From Candidatus Hermodarchaeota archaeon (GTDB taxonomy: Archaea > Asgardarchaeota > Lokiarchaeia > Sigyniarchaeales > SOKP01), in assembly GCA_048885535.1 (NCBI GenBank), contig JBHLLO010000045.1, positions 1 to 22,904 of the forward strand: a stretch of DNA of 22,904 nt. Direction: 5' to 3'. Positions 7,342 to 15,577 of the stretch are shown here, one piece after another. A program made the position numbers and the translations under genes. Position 1 is the first letter of the stretch; each line of letters begins with the position of its first letter. The notes under the pieces are model-generated. The model ran no database searches, was not told where the DNA came from, and was given only the letters and a program-made list of their open reading frames with translations.

Positions 7342-10155
7342 ATGAAATCAAAAAATATAATTATTGTTCCGGAAACTCATTGGGACCGTGAAGCCTCATG
7401 AAACTTCTTCTTCAGGCACGATTGGTATCTTCCCTTTCAAGAGTATAGAGCGCGTCTTGTTATTATGATAGATAAGCTCTTAGACATTTTAAAAAATGAT
7501 CCTAATTATACTAATTTTGCTCTTGATGGACAAGTTATCCCCCTTGAAGATTATCTTGAGGTTCGTCCCGAAAAAAAAGAGGAAATCATGAAATATGTGA
7601 AGGAAAAAAGACTATCTATTGGACCAAGTTATGTTCTACCTGATGAATTTTTGATTAGTGGAGAATCTCTGATAAGAAATTTATTAATTGGTCATCAAAT
7701 CTCAAGGAAATTCGGGAGAGTTATGAAAGCTGGTTATATTCCTGATCCTTTTGGCCATATAGCTCAATTACCTCAGATTTTGAAAGGATTCGAGATTCCG
7801 TCATTTATTTTTGAACGAGGTTTTGGAGATGAATTTGAAACCCAAAAGTTGAATATGGAATTTATATGGAATGCTCCAGGAAATGCAGCCTCTATTTTAG
7901 CTATCCATTTAATTTTAGGTTATGGATCGGTCGCAGATTTAGATTATTCAAAAAAGGATGGAGAGTATATCAAAGCTCTTGAAAAAGTAAAGGATCGTGT
8001 TTCTAAATTAGAGGAGTATACTGCTACTCCCATTATTTTACTTAATAATGGTTCAGACCATCATGAGGCTCATCCACAGATTCCTGAAATTATAAAATCT
8101 TGGAATAAAAGGCACCCTTATATTTTAATGGAACAAAATGATTTTGAATATTATATTAATAAAATCTTGGAATGTCAGCCAAAATTAAAGTTTTATCAAG
8201 GAGAACTAAGAGGAAGTAGATATTCGAATATTCTTGCTAGCGTATTCTCTACAAGGATTTGGATTAAGCAAAAAAATACAGAAATTGAACATTTGTTTGA
8301 AAAGTATACAGAACCACTTTCAACCATCACTTGGATTCTTGATAAATATAATGAATTCTCATATCCTAAGACTTATATTCAAGTAGGAATAAAATGGTTG
8401 ATTAAAAATCATCCTCATGATAGTATATGTGGTTGTTCAATTGATCAAGTTCATAATGAGATGAGGACGCGATTTGATTGGTCAGAACAAATAGGAGATG
8501 AGATTATAAAGAATTCCTTTCTATATCTAATTAGATTGATAAACTATGAGAAAAGCTGGACAAAGATTCCTCTTTTTGTCTTTAATCCACTGCCATGGAA
8601 ACGAAAAGATTTGGTTGAATTTAACATCATAAATGAATTTTTTGGATATATAACTTCCACTGACTTTAAAATCGTTGATTCAAATGAAGAAATCGAATAC
8701 CAATATATTAGAGTAAAAGAAGAACCAAGATTTAAGACAACGGCGAGTAAGAGCTATTTATGTACTTTTTTGGCAGATGTTCCAGCACTAGGTTATAAAT
8801 TATATTATATAATCCCCGGGAAAAAGGGTAAAACTTCTTTTGAAGAAAACGAACAATTCAAAATTACCCAAAACACCTTAGAAAATCAATTTTTCCTAGT
8901 TAGAGTAAATTTAAATGGGATGATCGACATCTATGATAAAAGAGGTAAAAAATGGTATGAAAAGCTATGCTTCTTCGAGGATGTCGGAGATTGGGGTGAT
9001 GAGTATGATTTTTCAGGTCCAAATGAAAATCAAACGGATCTAAAATTTACTTCAGAGGATCTTAATTTGTTAGGAATTGAACCATATATTAATGGTCCTA
9101 CCCAAAAAACGATAAAAGTCGACTTAAATCTTAACTTACCAGAATCATTATCGGAAGATAGGTTTAATAGAGAAAACATTTTAGTTTCAAATCTAATCAC
9201 TATCTACATAACTCTATGTAAAGATATTAAACGCATTGATTTTAGATTCGAATTAGAAAATAGTAGCAAAGATCATAGGATTAGGGTGTTATTTCCTACT
9301 GGAATAAAATCTGAAAAAGTAAACTGTGATGACCATTTCTATGTAATATCTAGAAATGTAGAAATACCAAAAGGAGAAAATTGGTATCAAAAGCCTCAAT
9401 TCACTAATTACCAAAAAGATTTTTTGGCAATTAGTGATAGTTCGAGAACCTTTGCCATCTTGAACAGAGGATTGCCAGAATATGAGGCTGTTAAAAATAC
9501 AGATGGCACTATAACCTTAGCTGTAACACTTTTACGTTGTATTGAGTGGCTATCTAGAGATGATCTCGCTACGAGAAATGATATAGCTGGTCCTGCATTC
9601 AACACTCCAGAAGCACAATGTCTTGGAAGTTATACTTTTAACTTATCATTGGTTATTGAAGAGCATAAGATTAGTTGGCTAGACTCAGAAATTCACGTTA
9701 AAGGAATGGAGTTTAACAATCCATTTAAAGTCTTATTCCTGAATATGCTTAAGATTCCCTTCAGATTGCCCAATAAGACTGTTCTTTTTCCTACTCATCG
9801 CATTATTGGTTTTGGATTGACAGAAGATAAAGCTTTAGAAACATATTTGCCACTTGAACTAAGTTTCCTAAAAATTACTAATAATAAAATACTACTCAGT
9901 GCGTTGAAAAAATCTGAAGAAAATAATTATTTGATTGTTAGAGTATATAATATATCTTCTGTCCCTCAAGAATCAACCTTAATATTTTGCAATCAAATTA
10001 AATTGAAGGAAGCAAAAATCGTAAATTTATTAGAAGAACCTCCCATTAATGAAATAAAAGCAACTGTTCAAGTTATAGATGAAAATGTTCTATTAGTCAA
10101 ACTACAAGCACATGTTATAGCTACTGTTAAAATAAAAACTAATAAAAGTCTATAG
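7342..10155 (+). CDS. GH38 alpha-mannosidase (MngB-like), join(7342..7392,7423..10155), 927 aa after removal of a 30-nt intron
   Basis: Exon 1 MKSKNIIIVPETHWDRE joined to exon 2 WYLPFQEYRARLV gives the canonical GH38 Zn-binding HWDREW motif. Also present are LDGQ, GESLIRNL, the nucleophile motif PDPFGH, NGSDH and HPHDSICGCS. The track's 7465 start misses the N-terminus. Confidence 0.9.
7393..7422 (+). other. Putative 30-nt BHB (tRNA-type) intron in the GH38 mRNA
   Basis: GCCTCATGAAACTTCTTCTTCAGGCACGAT contains an in-frame TGA (7399-7401). Central helix CGTG(7387-7390)/CACG(7417-7420), 3-nt bulges AAG and ATT, inner helix CCT/AGG. Cutting after the 2nd bulge nucleotide gives CGT GAA|TGG TAT (REWY). 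Confidence 0.85.
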
Positions 10156-10166
10156 TTGTTACGATT

Positions 10167-10757
10167 ATGTGGAAATCAAAACTTTTAGAATTCATAAAAA
10201 ATTTTGAGCATCCTGCCTGGGGAAAACCTCATTTTGAGCGAATTTATGAAATGTCAATAAAGTTGGCTGAGTTGAACGAGGTTGAGGTAGATAAGGATGC
10301 ATTGTTTGCAGCTGCATACTTACATGACATAGGAGCATTTACACCATATTATTCTAAGGAAAAAGATCACTCTGAAATTGCTGTTAAAGAATGTAGGGAA
10401 ATTTTATCTTCTATAGGATTTCCCTCTAACAAAATTCCACTTGTAAAAGATGTTATAAAGAGTCATATGTTTTATTCAAAACCTTCAGATCAAATAGAAT
10501 CACTAATTTTTCATGATGCTGACACACTTGATTTTATGGGAATGATTGGAATTACCCGCTTACTTTCAATTGTGGGAAAAGATGATTGGACTCCTGATTT
10601 GAACAGCGCTATTAAGATTATTCAAAGATTTTCTAAAGAATTACCTCAATATTTATATACTCAAGCTGCAAAAGAAATAGGTTATAGACGAAAAGAAGAA
10701 ATGGAAGAATTTTTAAAAAATCTGAAAAAGCAGACAAACCAATTTAAAGTTCTATAA
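10167..10757 (+). CDS. HD-domain metal-dependent phosphohydrolase
   Basis: HFERI...AAAYLHDIG...DHS...SH...HDADTLD...G. It starts 11 nt after the GH38 stop, so it is probably co-transcribed. Confidence 0.85.
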   Translation: MWKSKLLEFIKNFEHPAWGKPHFERIYEMSIKLAELNEVEVDKDALFAAAYLHDIGAFTPYYSKEKDHSEIAVKECREILSSIGFPSNKIPLVKDVIKSHMFYSKPSDQIESLIFHDADTLDFMGMIGITRLLSIVGKDDWTPDLNSAIKIIQRFSKELPQYLYTQAAKEIGYRRKEEMEEFLKNLKKQTNQFKVL

Positions 10758-10868
10758 TTATTCATATTCTTGAAAGTTTGAAATCAATAAGAATATTGTA
10801 AATTTGGCGAAGCTTAAATTAAGTTGTAGGTTATCCCAAATAAATCAAATATTATAAAAGTAATTTTC

Positions 10869-11936
10869 ATGAAATTTGGAGAATATTTAAAAGTATATAA
10901 ACAGAACATCAATGAAGCTATAAAGGAAATTTTTGAAAAAAAAATCAGTAAATTAAATAATTCATTTCTTAAAGATTATTATTCTGAATTAAAGGATTAC
11001 TTCTTAGCTGGGGGAAAAAGAATTCGCCCTTTACTTTGTATCGCATCATATAATGCATTTAAAAAACAACAAGATGATAAAATTGTTCCTGCAAGTGTTG
11101 GTATAGAGTTTCTTCATAATGCATCCCTAATACATGACGACATTATTGATAAAGATGATTATAGGAGAGGGAACCCTGCTTTTCATTTTAGATTTAAAAA
11201 TTATCATAAAGGATATAATTTCAAAAAAACAACTGATATTGATTTTGGTAATTCAATAGGTATAATAGGTGGAGATACTGCATTCTTTTTAGGTTTAGAA
11301 GCATATTTTTTTAATGATTTTGAAAATGAGATGAATAATCGAGCTATTAACTTGTATGAACAAGCTTTCATAGATATTGCTAATGGTGTATTAATCGAAA
11401 TGGATATGGTAAATAGAGAAAAAATTGAAATGTCAGATTATATTGAAATGATTTCCTTAAAAACTAGCGCGCTAATAGAAAAGTCGTTGCTAATTGGAGC
11501 AAACTATTCTAAATTAGATAAAGATCATGAAAAGGATTTATCAACTTATGGAATAAATTTAGGTATTGTATTTCAGATAATTGATGATATTTTAGGGACA
11601 TTTGGAGATGAAAAAGTTACTGGAAAACCTACTGATGGAGATATTAGAGAAGGAAAAAAAACTTGCTTATTAATTGAAGCTTTAAATACCTTAGACTCTA
11701 AGAAGAAGAAAAAACTTGAATCTATTTTAAATAAAGTAGAAATTAATGATAATGATGTGGAAACTGTAAGGAATTTATTCCTTGAAGCTGATGTGGTTAA
11801 TTCTAGCAAAAAATTAGCAGAAAAATATTATCAAAAAGCTAAACTGGCTCTAGAAAATTTAAAAGATTGTATTAATCCTCCAGAATTTGAACTATTTGAG
11901 GATCTCTTAAATTTTGTTATGAATAGAACATATTAA
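10869..11936 (+). CDS. Trans-isoprenyl diphosphate synthase (GGPP synthase-like; product chain length uncertain)
   Basis: GGKRIRP, first Asp-rich motif HDDIIDKDDYRRG, GD, KT, second motif FQIIDDILG, GKPTDGDIREGKKT. It is adjacent to the mevalonate genes. Confidence 0.92.
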   Translation: MKFGEYLKVYKQNINEAIKEIFEKKISKLNNSFLKDYYSELKDYFLAGGKRIRPLLCIASYNAFKKQQDDKIVPASVGIEFLHNASLIHDDIIDKDDYRRGNPAFHFRFKNYHKGYNFKKTTDIDFGNSIGIIGGDTAFFLGLEAYFFNDFENEMNNRAINLYEQAFIDIANGVLIEMDMVNREKIEMSDYIEMISLKTSALIEKSLLIGANYSKLDKDHEKDLSTYGINLGIVFQIIDDILGTFGDEKVTGKPTDGDIREGKKTCLLIEALNTLDSKKKKKLESILNKVEINDNDVETVRNLFLEADVVNSSKKLAEKYYQKAKLALENLKDCINPPEFELFEDLLNFVMNRTY

Positions 11937-11960
11937 TTTCTCCAATATTGTTTTAAGCAA

Positions 11961-12209
11961 ATGACTGGATTTAAACTTCCCTTATTTTTATTATTCGGCA
12001 AAAGACCAGTAAAATTTATATCTACAGCTGACGGTGGAATGGATGTTTTAGCATTTAATTGGGAATCTGGTAAATTTGAAAGAGATATGAGCTATTTAAG
12101 TAAATATTTTAAGCATTCACCTGAAGTTGAGGAAGTTAACGAAACAAAATTCAACTCATATGTTGAAAAGTTATTGGAGGAGATTGAAAAAGAACACAAG
12201 AAAGTGTAA
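11961..12209 (+). CDS. Small hypothetical protein (82 aa)
   Basis: ATG-started ORF that fills the gap between the prenyl synthase and the convergent IPK-IDI2 gene, with a protein-like sequence (RPVKF...DGG.DV.AFNWESGKFERD). Confidence 0.7.
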   Translation: MTGFKLPLFLLFGKRPVKFISTADGGMDVLAFNWESGKFERDMSYLSKYFKHSPEVEEVNETKFNSYVEKLLEEIEKEHKKV

Positions 12210-12221
12210 GCGTTTAATTTA

Positions 12222-14114
12222 TCAAATTTGATGCGCCCATTGATTTAAATCCCCAAGTAAAACAATTTTATCCTTATTATTTTTAAGGCTTTCTATATTG
12301 TTTAAATTTAATAACCACATACAAGATTTTAATTCATGTTTTAAAGTCCTTATTTCCTTAATTGTATTAATTGTTGTATTGTTATTGTAATCCTCCCAAG
12401 CTGAAACAAGAAATTTATAAGCGAAACCTCCAATATCGGCTCCTAATATAATACTTTTTGCAATATCTAAACCATCTTTTAATCCTCCAGTAGCTATTAA
12501 TAATTTGCTTGTAACCGCTCTCGCATGTAATATACTAATGGGAGTTGGAATACCCCATTCTCTAAAAGTATCAGCGATTTTTCTAGTAAATACTTCATAA
12601 TCAGAATCATCTCTAAAAGCCTCAATTGCTGCAAAACTTGTACCCCCAGCTCCTCCTACATCGAAACCGTTAAATCCTAAAAGATCAAGTTTTAAAGCTA
12701 AATCTTTATCAAAACCAGTTCCTACTTCCTTTGCGATTAAAGGAATTTTTGCAACTTTTTTTATTTTCAAAAAATTCTCCTGAAAATTATGATATGAAAG
12801 GTCACCGTTTCGTTGAACAAGTTCATGTAAGGCATTAAAATGAATAGCCATTGCATCAGCATTGATCATATCTACGCATTTCTCAAATTCACTTTGTTTG
12901 AAATCTGGATCACTAATTTGTCCTATACCAATATTTCCAATAATAGGGATATTTGGAGCTACCTCTCGAACAATCTCAAATGAATCTATCGTAGATTGAT
13001 TTTCTAAGGCTATACGTTGACTACCTACACTCATAATAATTTTTTCTGATTCAGCAGCTAAAGCTAAAATTTTATTTAATGCTTTGGAAATGGGATGTCC
13101 TCCTGTTATTGCCGCTATACAAATAGGCGCAGAAATAGATTTGTTATAAAATCGAGTAGATAAATCAATATCATTAAAATCAATTTCAGGGAGAGGATGA
13201 TGTACAAATTTTATATCTTCAAAATAATTTTTTGAATGCTGAACGTTATATCTGAGCGGTATTTTTAAATGTTCTATTTTTCGAGAAAAAATCTCTTTTT
13301 GAATTGGAGTAGTTAAATCTGGTTTAATATTGGTAGATGTAATCTTTTGATTTTGTAACGCCTTTAGTATATAACTGTCTTTCAATCCGTTAATTAATTG
13401 GACAGGTATGTTCATTTCACTTATCTTTTTTATAATTTCAAGTTTTCCCTTAATCCCTCCGGTAACATCTATTTTTTCATCAAGTTTGGCTAGCTTTAAG
13501 TTATCTATTTCGCTAGTAGCTATTTCTGTAGCTAATTCTGTATGATCATTTTTTCTAATATATACTCCATCTTTCTCGATTGCAAAAATGACTTTAATAA
13601 TATTCTTTTGAAATCTCTTGCATAACTCTAAAATAATTTGATCACCTGAAAGTATTGAAAAAGAGTTATCTTTTGTAAAAAGAATATCCCCATAAAGTAT
13701 AGGAAGTATATCAAGATTTAACATTGAGTTGATAGGTTCAACTGATTTTAATAAAAGGGTATTCGAGTCCTGAATAAAAATAGTTGATGGTTGTACTGAA
13801 ATAGCAGGAAAATTTTTTTCAATAAATCGATTAATAATAAAAGAGTTAAGTTCATTCATCACTTTATGTGTTTTTGAAAGACCTGTTAATTGATCTCTTA
13901 TTAATGGATTGAAACCTTTAGATATTTGATATTCTTTTGCCATTGGATGACCAAATGATCCACCACCGTGAATAAGAATTAATTTTTGATTACTTTTTAT
14001 AATTTGGTCAATAGTATTATCAATGACATCTTCTCTTAAAGAGAATGGATCATCTTTGTCAGTAAGTAAACTACCACCTAATTTTAATAAATAAATTTTA
14101 TCATTTTTAAGCAA
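12222..14114 (-). CDS. ipk-fni: Bifunctional isopentenyl phosphate kinase / type 2 (FMN-dependent) isopentenyl diphosphate isomerase fusion
   Basis: The N-terminal half is amino-acid-kinase-fold IPK (KLGGSLLTDK, HGGGSFGH, SGD, DVTGGIKGK). The C-terminal half is IDI-2 (RKIEH, AITGG, VGSQR, HFNALHE, KEVG, GAGGTSF, TGG...DIAK). One continuous ORF with a TTG start. Confidence 0.92.
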   Translation of the reverse strand: MLKNDKIYLLKLGGSLLTDKDDPFSLREDVIDNTIDQIIKSNQKLILIHGGGSFGHPMAKEYQISKGFNPLIRDQLTGLSKTHKVMNELNSFIINRFIEKNFPAISVQPSTIFIQDSNTLLLKSVEPINSMLNLDILPILYGDILFTKDNSFSILSGDQIILELCKRFQKNIIKVIFAIEKDGVYIRKNDHTELATEIATSEIDNLKLAKLDEKIDVTGGIKGKLEIIKKISEMNIPVQLINGLKDSYILKALQNQKITSTNIKPDLTTPIQKEIFSRKIEHLKIPLRYNVQHSKNYFEDIKFVHHPLPEIDFNDIDLSTRFYNKSISAPICIAAITGGHPISKALNKILALAAESEKIIMSVGSQRIALENQSTIDSFEIVREVAPNIPIIGNIGIGQISDPDFKQSEFEKCVDMINADAMAIHFNALHELVQRNGDLSYHNFQENFLKIKKVAKIPLIAKEVGTGFDKDLALKLDLLGFNGFDVGGAGGTSFAAIEAFRDDSDYEVFTRKIADTFREWGIPTPISILHARAVTSKLLIATGGLKDGLDIAKSIILGADIGGFAYKFLVSAWEDYNNNTTINTIKEIRTLKHELKSCMWLLNLNNIESLKNNKDKIVLLGDLNQWAHQI

Positions 14115-14144
14115 ATTTAAAACCCTTTTAAAAATACATTTTTT

Positions 14145-15111
14145 TTAACCTATAGTTGTTTTCCATGTTGAAAATCCTTGGTTTTCAATTGCATTAGAGA
14201 TTTTCATCTGTGAATCTAGATCTGAAGTTAAGGCTATTACTAGTCCCCCCCGACCTGTTCCGGTCACTTTTGCTCCTAGTGCTCCATTATTTCTGGCAAT
14301 CTCTACAATTTTATCATTAATTTCACCTGATACAGTTAACATTTGTAAAAGAGTATGGTTTTGATTCATCAGTTTTCCAACTTTGTTCTTTTTTCCTTTA
14401 AGTAATGCTTTCTTTGCATTCATCGCAATTTTTTCATATTGTTTAAATATGGATTTGAACTTATCTTGATTTTTTTCTTTTAATCTTCGAACATCCGAAA
14501 CCACTTCAGCTGTAGAAGCTGTTATACCTGTATCAGCAATAACTAAGTTCATCTTTTCTGCAGATGTTAAACGATCAATTACATTTTTCCCTCCGTTTAA
14601 ATTCTTGACAAACCAGATTAATCCTCCATATGTAGATGCGGTATTATCAATACCAGAGGGTGTACCATGATATGCCATTTCTCCAGCATAGGCGGCATCA
14701 TTAATCTTTTCATCATTTAAGTTTAGATTAAACTCCTCATTAAGCGCACGAGCAAGGGAAGTGCATTGCGCGGCAGAAGCCCCTACTCCACTTGCGGCGA
14801 CTAAATCTCCACTAAAAGTAAGTTCAAGTCTATTATTAAGCGTATCTATATTTAAATATTCTATAACGTTTTTAATTGCTTGTTGTGCTTCATTAAACTT
14901 TGCATCTTTATAACCAGAAGTTGCTATCCTTTGATCGTTGACTATCCATCCTTTACCATCAACAACTTTAACAGTAGTAATTGTTTTAGAGCCTAAAGCG
15001 GAGGCGATAGCTGGGAGACCATAAACCACAAAATGGTAGCGCTTACCCCTGAAGTGGGAGATAAAATTCGCCAAATAGAATGGTTTTCCCATAACCTTTT
15101 CCAGTTCCCAT
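14145..15111 (-). CDS. mvk: Mevalonate kinase, complement(join(14145..15035,15067..15111)), 311 aa after removal of a 31-nt intron
   Basis: ATG 15111 is preceded by AAGGTGA. Exon 1 MGTGKGYGKTILFGE joined to exon 2 HFVVYGLPAIA gives GHMP motif 1 (GKxILFGEHxVVYG). Also present are SGVGASAA, HGTPSGID and GAKVTGTGRGG. The track's 15092 start gives a non-homologous N-terminus. Confidence 0.92.
15036..15066 (-). other. Putative 31-nt BHB (tRNA-type) intron in the mvk mRNA
   Basis: Minus strand TTTTATCTCCCACTTCAGGGGTAAGCGCTAC shifts the frame and contains a TAA in the exon-1 frame. Central helix GGCG(15072-15069)/CGCT(15041-15038), bulges AAT and ACC, 8-bp inner helix TTTATCTC/GGGGTAAG (with G-U pairs). 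Cutting after the 2nd bulge nucleotide gives GGC GAA|CAT TTT (GEHF). Confidence 0.88.
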
Positions 15112-15184
15112 AAATTTCACCTTATTTATCATAAAATTGTGTTATTTTCAAATATTAATTATTTTTTAAAATTTTGTAAAGATT

Positions 15185-15577
15185 TTAGTCTAAAATCTCA
15201 ACTAATCCTTCAGAACCATTAACAACAACATTATCATTATTTTTTATTTTGGTTATATCAATCATATCGATGCAAGGAATTTCGCTTATAATGCAACCCA
15301 CAGCAATAATAGTATCAATATTCTTGTTGATTATTGCTAAAGGAGCAGTATTATTTTTTTTCATTCGATACATTGTATAGGAACCTACAGTCGATCCTTT
15401 CCCAGTAGGAAATACTAAAATTTTCCCTGTTATAATTTGACCTTCTAGTTCATGACCCACTTCTACAACTTTTCCAGAATCGGGATCAACCCCGCCATAA
15501 AATGAAATTCCTTCACTTGTCACAATTGCTTTTCCCGATACGATACCTTTATATATTTTTCTTCCCTCTAATTTCAT
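15185..15577 (-). CDS. Phosphomevalonate dehydratase small subunit (aconitase X swivel domain, DUF126)
   Basis: ISFYGGVDPDSG, GKILVFPTGKGSTVGS and AVGCIISEIP. The start is moved to ATG 15577 (MKLEGRK), which overlaps the large-subunit stop as ATGA. Confidence 0.88.
   Translation of the reverse strand: MKLEGRKIYKGIVSGKAIVTSEGISFYGGVDPDSGKVVEVGHELEGQIITGKILVFPTGKGSTVGSYTMYRMKKNNTAPLAIINKNIDTIIAVGCIISEIPCIDMIDITKIKNNDNVVVNGSEGLVEILD

Noticed and set aside
7399-7401. In-frame UGA in the GH38 gene as selenocysteine or stop readthrough
   Set aside because: Readthrough would leave 10 extra residues inside the HWDREW metal-site motif, the UGA does not align to a conserved Cys, and BHB excision explains the insert exactly.
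9729-9780. Hairpin inside GH38 (AGTCTTATT/AATAAGACT arms with an inner CTGA/TCAG helix) as a third BHB intron
   Set aside because: BHB-rule excision would remove 22 nt (9745-9766) and frameshift an intact ORF, and there is no inner helix after the 5' bulge.
15036-15092. mvk as a pseudogene, a programmed frameshift, or a gene starting at ATG 15092
   Set aside because: The 15092 start loses the GKxILFGE motif, and a frameshift would not remove the extra residues. The rest of the gene is intact, and ATG 15111 has a GGTGA ribosome-binding site.
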